Below are positions 44,001 through 56,450 of a stretch of DNA of 64,000 nucleotides, piece by piece (the stretch's first letter is position 1; the number at the start of each line of letters is the position of its first letter). Source of the DNA: Eledone cirrhosa (Eukaryota); contig OZ024740.1 of the NCBI GenBank assembly GCA_964016885.1, forward strand, positions 253,580,001 to 253,644,000, written 5' to 3'. The position numbers were made by a program, and so were the translations under genes. The notes under the pieces were generated by a model. It was not told the DNA's origin, ran no database searches, and saw only the letters and a list, made by a program, of their open reading frames with translations.

Positions 44001-46532
44001 TGCATAGTCCCAACGTGCATCCAGGATACCATTCCAATCCCCCACTAAAAGCAGGGAACGGGACGTCCCTAGAAAAGACTCCAGACGCTGGAAAAAGTCG
44101 GGCCGCTCTGTCCCAAAAGGGGCATATGCGGCTACCAGCCTAAAAGCTCTACCTTCACCACTGCCAAGGTCCAGCACCACCAGTCGACCCCCTGGGTCCA
44201 AGTGAACTATCTGTGTTGCAAGGCCCATATATTTTTGCAGCAGAACGACAACCCCACCCCCACCTCCGGGCTGACAGAGAGATGCGTGCATCTCAAAGTC
44301 GTCAAAGGTGGGGGCGAGCTGTCGCATGCTGCTGATCCGGGCCTCGCAGATAACCATCACATTTATAGATTGTGACCTGAGGTCATTTAGAAGCATTGCT
44401 TGCTTCCAAGACGAGCCCAGGCCACGCGCATTTAGACACCCTACTCTTAGCACAGCCATGTTGGTGGTAAGGAGAAAGGGCACTTACCTCTCTGCGTCCC
44501 GGGAAACGGGCCGCTCAATTTCCATGGTGGTTGGGGATGGGTTGTTGGGTGGGGTGGTGGTTTGTGGAAGTGAAGGGGCATCGGTGTGTTGTGGGGTTGG
44601 GGTGTTTGTGGTTGAGTGGGTGTCTGGGTGGGGGGGGGGATTTTTTAGGAGGACGCGGTTGATTGGTTTGGCGCAGTGGGGGGGCCCACGTCCTCCGTGA
44701 AATTTATTTTCAGTGTTTTGTACAAGTTCATTGGGACTTTTATCATTTTTAAATGAGGTAGTCCCACAGCAGTTATAAAGTTAGGTCCTTCAGTTTGGAC
44801 CGAAGGGTTTGCTGAAATTGTTTTCCGTAATTCTTTGTTGTCTGTGTTCATGTATGTGTATTGTAAGGTCTTTTTTTGTGTAGCAGTTAGTGTTGTGTGA
44901 CAGGGAGGGGTGGTTTGTGTGTAGTTTGTGTTCTCTTGGGGGGGGGGGGGTTAAAGTTAACATGTGTGTCTGTGGTGCGTCTCCTCTTCTTTCTTTTTAC
45001 TTGTTGGAAGGGATCTTTTTCGTCTTGCGACGAAAGAGGTTCGTCTTCCTTGTTGGGTGGGAGGGGTATGTTTTCTGGTAGTGTTTGCGGTGTGTGTGTT
45101 TTTGTATTTGTTTTTGGTGGGGAGGGATTGGGTGGGACAGTATTCTGTGTTATTTTTTCACGTGTTTGTTGTTGTTGTTGTTGTGGTGGTGGTGGTGGTG
45201 TTGTTGGTTTTTGTTGTTGTTGTGGTTGTTGTTATTGGGGTGGTGTTGGTGTTGCTAGCAGTGTTTTTTTTTTCTGTGTGAGCTGGGGACAGGCAGCCCT
45301 CAGGTGACCTCTATTGCCACAGAGGTAACAGGAGGGGCGCCTACCCTCCACAATAATGTTGAGGTGGGTACGGTCATCCAGCATGATGCGCTCAGGGATT
45401 TGGGCGATACGTTCTGGCCTTATTTGGGTCAGAACTTCGATGCTCGTTCCACTGAACGCGTCGCCGGATGCCTTACCTATTGAAATGAGGTTGTCCTCGT
45501 CTAAATTGAGGAAACCGGTTAGTAACCACCAGTAGTTTATGTTTGGGGTGATGGTGGTTATCCATATCCTCTGGGTTTTTTTTACCCATGTAGGTGGGGA
45601 AGAAGGTGTAGTGTGTGGAACGAATTGGCGACACAGAGTATTTTTTCGCCGCCAATTCGTCTTTCATCAATATGGATAAACTCCCATAGAGTTTATCCTT
45701 TTGTATAAAAGTGATGTCTCTCATCGCTTCTTTCAGTACTAACTGAATTTCAGCTTGAGATGGTTATGCTGGTTTTTTTGTTTTATTTAAAATTGTACGG
45801 AATACGACAGTTCGTAATTCCGTCTGTTTTTTTTAGTTCTGGAGGTGAATGTATAGAAAACGAACCGTTTTCGCCAAAAGATACATATTTCTTGGCTTTT
45901 TCCAGCATTTCTTTTGCTTTTGAAATATCTTCCAGCACATACGTGACTGATAATTTAGCCGTTTGTGCAAAAGATATTTTGTTTTCGTTGTTGGTGTTTG
46001 TATTGTTTTGTTTCTCGTCGTATGAGTTGTTTTCATCTTTGTTGTTGTTGTTGTCTTTCTCGTTTGGTGTGTGGATACTTGTGACGTTTGTGTTGTTGTT
46101 GTTGTTGTCTTTATTGTTGTCGTTGTTGTTGTTGTTTTCAATTTCTTGTATAGTTGTGGCTACATCTAGTGGTCGGTCAACAGGTGAAGACAATTCTTCC
46201 TCTCTCTGACCTCTGCCTTTGGCATCTGCTGCTGTGACAGTGGCAGGGGGAAGCTGTGAGTATGACTTCCCCTTTCCTTCTTTGATTGATGGTGAAGATG
46301 CTTCAGCCATTTTTCTCAAAATAGGGTTTTTCGAAGTTTTTCGAAAGATAAAATGTTTACAATACTATTTCGCCCAAAGGCGCAGAATATTTTGAGAGAC
46401 TGACCAGATCAAAGTTTGACCTGGCAGTCCCTCTACAAAATGGTACAAAAATGAAAGTTTACGGTTTACAATTTCCGGATGAATTTAAACAAAACTTACC
46501 GAGCGAGCTCAGCACATGTGTCCATCGTAAAA
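41013..46532 (-). mobile_element. Full-length but disrupted L1/Tx1-like non-LTR element 2 (diverged relative of element 1)
   Basis: ORF1 starts near 46310 and has a CYLCGNRGHLRAAC knuckle at ~45290-45330. ORF2 starts at 44459 (NARGL, GDWN, SDH, YADD, CPRC...H...C). AATAAA at the 3' end. Confidence 0.93.
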
Positions 46533-46533
46533 G

Positions 46534-46576
<43 letters not shown>

Positions 46577-46603
46577 GAGGGAGGGTGATAGAGAGAGGGA
46601 TGG

Positions 46604-46688
<85 letters not shown>
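46533..46688. repeat. (GATA)n/(GA)n microsatellite flanking the Tx1-like pair
   Basis: Direct reading; similar tracts at 35183-35271 and 40980-41012. Confidence 0.95.
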
Positions 46689-46693
<5 letters not shown>

Positions 46694-47897
46694 TAATCAA
46701 CCAAATACACCATCACTGATTTATGTCTATTTTCCATGCTTGCATGGATTAGATGGATTGTACTGAGACCAGATTGGTCCAATGACTAGGTCCCACTTGT
46801 ACATTTCATGTTGGGCTTGGTTTCTATGGCTGGATGCCCTTCCAAATTCTAATCACTTTACAGCATATACTGGGAGCATCTTATCATGACTCCAGCATTA
46901 TCACCTTACAGAGTGGACTGGGTGGTGCTTTTCATCTTGGCACCACCACTATTATGACCTTACAGGGTGGACTGGGTGCTTTTTTGTCATGGCACCAGCA
47001 TTATCATCTTACAGAATGGCACCAGCACTAGTACTTTACAGAGTGGAGTGGGTGCTTTTCATTAAACCAAGGTTGGTATCAAAAGGGTTGTGATATAATC
47101 TCACTATAAAATTGCTATTATCAATTTGAAATGAGTGATATGGGCTCACTTTGAAATCATTATTCTCAAATCATAATATAATAAAGGGAGGAGTGTGGGA
47201 CTGCGTTCTGAATATATATTTTTATCCCGTTAGTAAAACAAGTTAGATTACTTTGAATAAATAATGAATGGATATTACATAATTTATGTACTAAATTTTG
47301 TAGCTGTTGATTAAACATAAATATTCTTATATATAATGATTGCTTATTTTAAGATTCACTTTTAAAATTTTCAAATGTCAACACTTCCGGTTAGCATCCA
47401 TTACGGGGTCGATAAAATAAAGTACCAGTAATGCACTGAGTAATTGCTGGCCTTGTGCCAAAAGTAGAAACAATTATATCATAACACTTATTACATTCCT
47501 TATGTAAACATTCATATATTTGCATCGTTATATAAGGTTTATATTTCTGTCGCTAATTTTCTTTTTCATTTTCATAAAATTTTGCCGCAATGCAGTTTAT
47601 ATATAATATTGTCTTTTTTAAATGTATCATGGATTACTTTACTTATTACAGAAGAGAGTGCAACACAGTCTCTCTTCAATTTCTGTGCATATTGTCAATT
47701 ACGATGTTATTTGATGTATCATATCTACATGCATATTTGCATATAATATCAATATGCACACTACACATGCTAACAGAAAACCACACGAAGGGTGGTTTTT
47801 TGCTAGTTAAAGTAATATATGCTCACTTCGAAATGAGGAGCACTCACTTAATAATGTTAAAGTCAATGTCATAAATGAAATCAGTAATGTTACTTAC

Positions 47898-48022
47898 TTT
47901 GCAATACAGGGTCTGGCAAGAGCTGTACCAAGAAGATACCTGTCTTCATATTCAGCATTACCTTGAATACCTGGAAATATGTAGTCTGTCACAAATAATT
48001 TCTTCACATCTGAAATGACAAC
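47898..48022 (-). CDS. ASS1: Argininosuccinate synthase exon ([41 protein letters not shown])
   Basis: [17 protein letters not shown] signature; CACAG acceptor and GTAAGT donor; 125 nt, ends in phase 2. Confidence 0.96.
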
Positions 48023-48729
48023 CTGTGATAAAACAAAACAAAAAAATGGTTATTAACCATTTTTGTTACCATATTTCTAATAAAGGACATTGCTCATAAT
48101 TTTCAAATTGAAAGTAATCAACAATTTGGAGAAGTTTAGTAATGTAACTAACTTTCTCAGTATTAAGTTAGTGCTTGGAACATAACTTAACAAAGGTTCT
48201 TACATAAAATTATAATGAAAGATTTTTAGATAGATAAAAACACTTTAACGTTTTCATTAGTATATTTCTAAAAAAAGAACTCTTTGAAAATAATCAAAAA
48301 TTTAGAGATGTTTAATAGTGAAACTAACTTTCTCATTATTAAGTTTGTGTTTGGAACATAAAATTATGATAAAGCTTTATATAAACAACTTAAAATATAC
48401 TTTATATAAATACTTTAGAATAAACACTTTATGTGAACGCTTTGTATTATTGAACCAGGGATGGTTTCAGGCCTTTTGAATTAAACAGTTTATAGGACTC
48501 TATGTTTTTTGTTGTTGCTGTTGTTGCTTAGTCAATCAACATGGCCTTGTTGAAATTCAATAGCAGGTTTCTGAAGAAATATATTTGCAAATGAATTGCA
48601 CAGGTATTGTTACTACATTGAGATTTCTTATTGTTAACCACTGAACAGTGACATGATTTATATATATTATTTATATATATTATTCATAGCTAGGTAATCA
48701 AGAATTCATAGAAATTATATAAAGTTTAC

Positions 48730-48798
48730 CTTGATAGCTCCTAGGGATTCTGCTTTTTTCCGGGCAGCATCAAAATCTTCATCTTGCCCTATGTTAGC
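48730..48798 (-). CDS. ASS1: Argininosuccinate synthase exon (ANIGQDEDFDAARKKAESLGAIK)
   Basis: Matches the ANIGQxEDF..ARKKA..LGA segment; TTTCAG acceptor and GTAAA donor; 69 nt. Confidence 0.95.
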
Positions 48799-49249
48799 CT
48801 GAAATAACAAAAAAAAACAGCAAATAGCTTCAATAACAGATAAGATTTTTCGTTATCATCATTGTTTTTTAATATTAGTATAGGTTAGACAGGTCTTTTC
48901 CAGCACACTCTCCCTCCACTTGTTGCCTTGCTTCATCATCTCCTTAGTGAGATCCAGTATTTTGCCCAGGTCCTTGATCTTCCTTTACTGCAGCTTCCTT
49001 CCATTGGGAACTCTTGGCATTTATTCAACTAATAATCATCATTTGTATGCATCGCATGTCAATACCACAATACCAACACAGTCTTCTTTTTTTCTACATT
49101 TAATTCCTCTTATACCCAGTTTTTCTCTCAGCTAATCCAGGCTTCACTGTTTACAAACATTAACATCACACATCTATCAAAACATGCTTACTTAATTTCT
49201 TTCCAGCCTTCACACAACATAAGAGAAAGCAAGATAGTGGGGGATTGAC

Positions 49250-49350
49250 ACCAGTACTGGACTGATACTTTATTTATCGATCTTGAAATGGATGAAAGGC
49301 AAAGTTGACCTCGGCAGGATTGAAAAACAGAGTGCAATGAGCTGGAACAA
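49250..49350 (-). mobile_element. Degenerate SINE fragment (similar fragments ~204-255, 28685-28740, 34040-34130, 47395-47475)
   Basis: Shared CCTGCCGAGGTCAACTTTGCCTTTCATCC...TCGATAAA domain. Confidence 0.6.
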
Positions 49351-50365
49351 ATAGGGAAACAATTTTTAATCCAAGGAAATTACAGAGTTGTTAGTGCATT
49401 AACAACTCTGTAATTTCCTCACCTTACTTAGAAAAATGGAAATTTATATAGTAATCTATATATAATATAAAAGAGAGATGTTTCTTGGTTGGTTGGTTTA
49501 ATCACACGAAAATTACACACACACATCTAGAGAGAGAGAGAGACAGAGAGATACAATTAAAGTGTTAAATATTCAGGTAGAGAGAGAGAATGGCAACGAA
49601 CGCTGGTTTACACACACCACATCTATATACTAGACAAATCCAATTCATCCCCTTTGGAGAATGCTTTCTGTAGTTGGCTTACTGTTCAGAATATGGAAAT
49701 GAATTCAAGAAGTTGAAATCGATTATTGTGGTTACCAGAAGAATGGGGGAAAGAAATACAAACAATTGTAAAATTATTAAATGAACTATAATAAAAATAA
49801 AAAAATATTCTTGACATAGGTAGATAAATAAATAGTTAGATATGTAGGTAGGTAGATAGATAGATACCGAAAGCATTATACATAATGGTACAAATCAATG
49901 TTTGTGTGTTGTAGAAGCTAAGGCTTATTTTGCTGTCATATCTAGCAAGACAGGTTACCACAACATGGCCCTTGCGTGTATGACAGACAGGCACACAGAC
50001 AGATAGATAAAGGGCCAACTGCAGTCACTCTAAGAGATGTACACACACACACACATGGTATAATGACTGCGACTGGAAAATGCCGATGCTGTGAGGGGGG
50101 GGGGGGGGGGGGCATCGCATATCCTTCCATATTTAATTATGGTCGGTATGTCTATGTTTATGTTTTGGATGAAGACATAATTGGGAATGCTGTTGCGTGA
50201 CCTACTTACATTATACAAATACTTATATACACATATATACATACAGATACAAATATTCTCTCACTATCTCTCTCTTGTTGGCTTTGTTTGCTACGTTGCC
50301 AAGTCATCGCTCCCTCTCTATTATAACCCCTCTCTCTCTCTCTCTCTCTCTCTTTTTATATATGT

Positions 50366-50947
50366 ATGTGATCAGATCAGCAAGGGAGGAGGGTGCTCCG
50401 AGGCTATAGTAACTAGAATAAGGATGGGTTGGAAGAAGTTTAGGGAGCTGCTTCTTCTGTTGACAAAGAAGGGTTCGTCCCTACGAACAAAAGGCCAGTT
50501 ATATGATGCCCCTGTGAGATGCGCGATGCTGCATGGTAGTGAGACATGGGCAGCAACTGCGGAAGATATGCGACGGCTGGAGAGAAATAAAGCAAGCATG
50601 CTCCGTTGGATGTGCAATGTCAATGTGTGTGAACGACCAAGCATAGACAAGTTGAGAGAGAAACTGTGTATACGAGGGATAAGCTGTAGTGTGCGAGGGA
50701 GGAGACTGCATTGGTATGGACATGTGATGCGCATGAAGGATGACTGTTGGGCAAAGAACTGCCAAGAAATCTCAGTAGAAGGAAGACCACGAAAAACATG
50801 GGCAGAGGTGGTGATAGCTGACCTCAGATCGCTGAAGCTCAAGGAGGAGATGACAAAGGACCGTGACGAATGGAGAGATGCTGTGCTGAATAGGACCCAC
50901 CACTTGTAAGCAAGGAAAAGTAGACGTAAAATGATGATGATGATGAT
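50366..50947 (+). mobile_element. RTE LINE 3' fragment (third, diverged family)
   Basis: GWKKFRELL...MLHGSETW...WYGHV motifs; short 3' UTR and (GAT)n tail. Confidence 0.88.
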
Positions 50948-50974
50948 ATATGTACATGTGTATATATATATATA

Positions 50975-53670
50975 TAAAGAAGAAGTTTATGAAACGGAAA
51001 TGCGGGTATAAAGAATTTATTAGGTAACACTTGTTTCTATAGTGTATGGGTTACCTATACCTCGCTATTTGTATAATATAAAAATATTATCATAAATCGT
51101 AGGTGCACTGTAAGAAAACACACCATGTCGTCAGACCTTTGTGGTAGAATGATATGAAAATATTTTATACACTAGATATAAGAGAAAGAAGGAGGTAGGA
51201 AGGGAAGAGGAAAAGGGAAGCGAGTAAGGGGGAGGGAGTCTTAGAATTTAAAACTGTCAGAGTAGTAGAGATTGTAAGGAGAAAATGTTTTGGCAGCAGT
51301 TAGCTTAATGAGGCGTGTTAGGGTTGGTGGGGGAAGTAAATTCTTCTAGTGGTGTTGTTTGGACAAAATTTAGTTAAAGGGGTCAAAGTAGTACAGAATT
51401 ACAGACAAGTTATTGGGGCTATTATAGTAGCAGGTTATTTCTAAAGGGGTCCTAAAAACAGTGTTTAGTACTATTATTATAGAAAGCCATATCGTGTGTA
51501 TAAACATATAAAACAAAAATTTGCAAACGGTGGTGTACAAAGGTAACATTACATGCATTTAAAAAAAGAAAAAGTCGTTTTCAAACGATGGTTACAGTAA
51601 AGTGAACGTTCAATTTTGCTGTTCAAAAGTTTGTTTTCCGACGTTAAAATGCAGTATATCTCCATATTGCATAATTTACAGAATCGATGATTTTGCTTAT
51701 ATGCAGGCGCAACTGTAATAATTTGCCAATCAAGGGAGAATGCTTGATTGTTCCTCCGAAGCTGCCAGGCTTTATCGGCGAGGGTTGTTACGGAGCGCAT
51801 TTTCTCATGCCTGATCAAAGATCGATGTTGGTATAGGCGAGCTTTGAAAGATGTTGCGGTACATCCGACGTAATACCATTTGTTGGTTCCGGAATTTATT
51901 GTGCATCGGTAGACAATATTGCGTGCTAGGCACTGGTTATTCAGTGGGCACGTACCTGGTTTGGTGCAGTTACAATTATTTTTATGTTTCGCAGTAGAAT
52001 CCTGGATAGTTTGGTGGGGTTGTAGTTGCGTGTTAGTGCGTTGTATGTCGCTATGCTGGTGCGCTGTGTCATTAGGGATGTACTTATTTAGTATTGTTGA
52101 GCTGAGTTTTTTAATTAATTGTTCTATGTTAGGTGCAGTGGAGTATGAGAGTCTAATGGTGCGCGAGTTTAAGATTTTATAGTATTTATGTGAAGTTGTA
52201 AAGTGTTTATTGATCAGTGTATAGAATTGTGAGATAATCTTAGTGCTAATAGAAATATTGTACACGGGGTTATACCATATGTACTCTCTACGTCTGACTC
52301 TATTTGTTGGTTTGCACCTATTAGTATGCCTATTGATGTGTCTGTGTGGTGCAATACTAGTTCGACTTAGATGTGGTTTATTCATAGTACCTATGCGGTT
52401 ATCATCTAGATATTCTATTTTCTCGCAGTAACCAGCTTTTCTAAGTGCGTCATTATAATATTCAGCATGCTCGCTGAAGGTCTGCAAATTAGACGACAGT
52501 CGGGAGATCCTTATGGATATATTTTTAGGGATAGATTTAATAATGGAATGGGGATGGTTCGATTTTACATTAACGTACTTGAGATTTTCATTAAGTTTGT
52601 GAAATGGCTCTATATTACCGTTATTAAGATTGAAAGTGACATCCAAGAAGTTGACCACCTTAAGATTGTGTTCGAAGGTAATATTAAGCCCTAGTTCTAA
52701 GAAAAGTTTCCTAATGTTTTTACGTCGCCTTTCTAGGTTTTGTTTGTTCATATTCTTGACTAATAGAAGTATATCATCGCGGTAGATTCCACCGTGGAGG
52801 TCAGTGAATTCGCTCTGGAGTCTGTGGGCTATATAGATTCCAACCAGATCCGTAACCTCCGCCAAATCATTAGAACCCATCGTAATGTCAAATTCCGAGG
52901 GTCTATCTCTGCGGACCCAATAACTATTTTCAAAATGAACTACTGTGCGTCTAGCTTCAAGTATAATATTAATTTGGTCCTTCAGATTAAAAGTCGGTGT
53001 AGCTGGAGATAGGGTACTGTTCTGTCGTCGATTTTCAGTTTCTTAACAATATTACATGCTGCGTTATTAATGTTGGTTAGTGTAGTTGCGTTTGTTTTTT
53101 TGTACTTCTTATGTAATTCCTTACGTATAAAATTATTATATGTTTCTACATCCAGGGTGTATAGATTCGATGTTTTGTCTGCCTTTATGATAATTCCTTT
53201 GGTATTTCTCAGGTTGTCGAGTAGAGTTTTAATATCTCGTTGCAGTTCGTTTTTCCTTCCGTTTGTAAATTTGATTCCGGTTATCATTTTCATTAAGTCC
53301 TGCTCGAAAGAATCCAGAAGAGGGTTAGAGGGTGGGTTTTTGTAGGATTTGAAACCAAACTTATCGTTGTTGGTGTCGGAAGTTTGTGTAATCCTGTTCT
53401 TATCGAAGTGAAAGGCCTTCCATCTAATCCGCCGAATAAATTCGTTGGTCCTTTGTATCATACCAAGAATGTATTCTTTTTTACCCTGAATGGGTATGTT
53501 TTTTAAGGACATACCACAATGATGTTTTTCCATTTCTGAGACGTAGGTTGATAGGTTACTCGACTGTAAAGGAGTGTGAAGAATTAATAAATCTGTATTC
53601 CAATGTTACTAAGTAGTCGCATTGGATGGAGTCAACCGACGTCGGAGATTGCTCAACGTATAATAAATAT
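50975..53670 (-). mobile_element. Penelope-like element (YRDD type) with N-terminus, internal deletion, RT and GIY-YIG
   Basis: ORF 52982-53533 (SLKNIP, RW, ADKT) and ORF 51549-52880 (GGIYRDD, CNC..CPL, IVY...YVG, CKLC). Confidence 0.9.
51022..51138 (-). ncRNA. Hammerhead ribozyme with ~90-nt stem II insertion
   Basis: Minus strand reads AGGT-CTGACGA-C ATGGTGT...ACACTAT A-GAAA-CAAGTG-TT-ACCT. Confidence 0.6.
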
Positions 53671-53672
53671 GG

Positions 53673-53709
<37 letters not shown>

Positions 53710-54585
53710 TCCACCTTAAAGGTGGTTTATATCGTGATGACTGTCTTCTTTCCAATAAACTTAGCCTATCAGAAATTGAAAAAAATAAAAAACTTATTAG
53801 AACTTTCCTTAAAGACTATTATAGTCTAGATATTACATTTGAAAACACCAGTAAAGTAGTTAATTTCCTTGATATAACATTAGACTTATCTACGGGTATC
53901 TACCAACCTTACCATAAACCTAACCAAAACTTACATTACATAAACTCACAATCTAATCACCCTAAATCTATCCTTAAAAACCTAGCATATAATATCTCAC
54001 TCAGAATTTCTAACCTTTCATCTAACCAGGATGTATTCAATAAAAATGCGACCTTTTATAACGAAGCTTTAGCTAGAAGCGGCCACAAAAACAAATTAGT
54101 CTATATACCTTGCACCAATAATACTTCAAACATACAACCCAATATTACCAACAGCCACCAAATGAAAAACACACACCTAAATGCCACTCACACTACACCC
54201 AAAAATACCAACTTAAAACTTAATTTCTCTACCTCTTCTCACATACAATGTAATAACTTTCAAAAAACAATTCATCCTAATACTCCAATATGTGTTAATA
54301 ACATTACTAACAAAATTCCTAATAATCAGACTAAAACACCTAAATCAGTTAATCTAACTAAACCTATATATAATAAATTCACTAATACTAACTCTCTTAG
54401 TAAACATCCTGATACATCGTATAAATATGAAAAACAATATCGAAACCGTAATAGATGAGTTACTTGGTATATTGCTCCATTTAATCTACAAATTAAAGAT
54501 AATATCCCTAAAAATTTTTTTACTATCCTAGAGAAAAACTTTCCACCAAACCATAAATACCATAAATACCATCTATTTTAAATAG

Positions 54586-54797
54586 ATCATCATCATCATC
54601 ATCATCACCGTTTTACATCTGTTCTTCCACGCTAGCATGGGTTAGACGGGTTGTCCTGTTGTGGGCAGTGTCTGGTCGGCTGACCATGCCTTGCTCATAC
54701 AGGAACTGATTTGGCTTGATTTCTACAGCTGGATGCCCTTCCTAACACCAACCTCATTTACAGTGAGTACTGGGTGCTTTTTCATGGCGCCTACACA
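54586..54797 (-). mobile_element. RTE family A 3' UTR fragment
   Basis: Near-identical to 5421-5635, with a (CAT)n tail on the plus strand. Confidence 0.9.
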
Positions 54798-56128
54798 GTC
54801 AAATTCTCCTACTCCACAACCAAAAATATACAACAAAATATAAGTGACTACAATGCATCTAATTTTAAAAATACATGAATATACCACCAACACATCAAAC
54901 TAAACCACCAACACATCAAACTAAACCACCATCTCCATCACATATAACAAGTCGAGTAAATTCCACACCAAATTTGACTAACTCCCCTGATATAATATTC
55001 ACGAATGGCTGTAACTGTAGAAACAAAGCAAATTGCCCATTAAAAGGAAATTGTCTTATTAATAACAGTACATAAATGTAAAATTAGCACTAAGGACTCA
55101 ACTTATTCATATATAGGAGCTACTTCTAACCAATTTAAAGTAAGATTTAATACCCACAAACATAGTTTTAAAAATGCCGCATTAGCTAATACAACATCCT
55201 TGGCTGAAATAATTAATAATTATAGAAAACAGAATAACCTGACCTGGAGTGTGATCAAAAGGGCCACCCCTTATCAAAATAACAGATATGAGTGTAGATT
55301 ATGTTCCCAAGAACTTTTTGAAATAATGAAATCTAATCTATTAAATAAGCGACAAGAATTAATTATATCGTGCAATCATAAAATTAGAACTTTCAAATAT
55401 TATAAACCTAATTAATATACACCTTACACTTATATTTTACAAATTATTATCATTAGTTCTTTTAATTTAGTTAACCTATAATTAGCATTTTACTACTGAG
55501 AACTTCATAATTTTATTTCCCTTTTACAGCTCTTTTCCTAAAATTAATACCTATAAGTATATATATAAACTATTTTAATTTCCTGTTATGAATCTAAATT
55601 CCTTGTAGTCTATATAAGTTTTTTATTTCTCACTAATATATTTATCCCAAAAATTTTTCCTTCGTTTTTAACAACATTCTTTAATAACATCTAACTCTTA
55701 TTTATCACATCTATATGAATTAATATAAATTTATCCCTATAAGTATACCTATCAATTAAATTAATTTAATTTCTTGTTATAGATCTAAATACCTTGTGTT
55801 TTAAATAAGATTGGTATTTCTCACTAACACATTTACCCTAAAATTTTATTCTCCTTCGATTTTAACGTTAGCATTATTCTTTAATAACATAACATTTTTG
55901 TGTACCTTTCACTGGCTTGACCTCTTTTCATCCCCAAAGTAATCTTTCCATTCAAAGTATTCTTTCCATTCAAAACTGAAGTCTGCATTCCTCTACCCCT
56001 AAATTAAATTTCTACTACTACTATTCTATCAACTTGACCACTTACTACTTTTCTATTGGTCAATTCAAAACCTGTTCCCAAACAGACCTATTATATTAAA
56101 TCTTTGTTGGTTTTTTTCATTATTTCTG

Positions 56129-56315
56129 GGGCAGTGAATTGGCAGTATCGGTAGAGGGTCGAACGCCATGCTTTGACACATAGAGTTACGGCCCTTGCCA
56201 TTCTGAGTTCAAATCCCGCCGAGGTTAACTTTGCCTTTCATCCTTACGGGGTCGATAAAATAAAGTACCAGTAATACACTAGGTAATTGCTGGCCTTGTG
56301 CCAAAACTAGAAACA
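56129..56315 (+). mobile_element. tRNA-derived SINE with 10-bp TSD ATTATTTCTG
   Basis: A box TGGCAGTATCGG and B box GTTCAAATCC; TSD copies at 56119-56128 and 56316-56325. Confidence 0.88.
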
Positions 56316-56450
56316 ATTATTTCTGAAGACAGCATATATGTGTAGGTATGTATATTTCCTCTGATAGTTTGTAAAATTTTTACATAGATCTATATGATAT
56401 GCATACCAACACACACATATATATCCTAGAAACGATCGTAAAATGATGAA
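56316..56450 (+). ncRNA. Hammerhead ribozyme with ~99-nt stem II
   Basis: ATTATTT-CTGAAGA-[ATATATGTGT...ACACATATAT]-GAAA-CGATCG-TA-AAATGAT. Confidence 0.65.
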
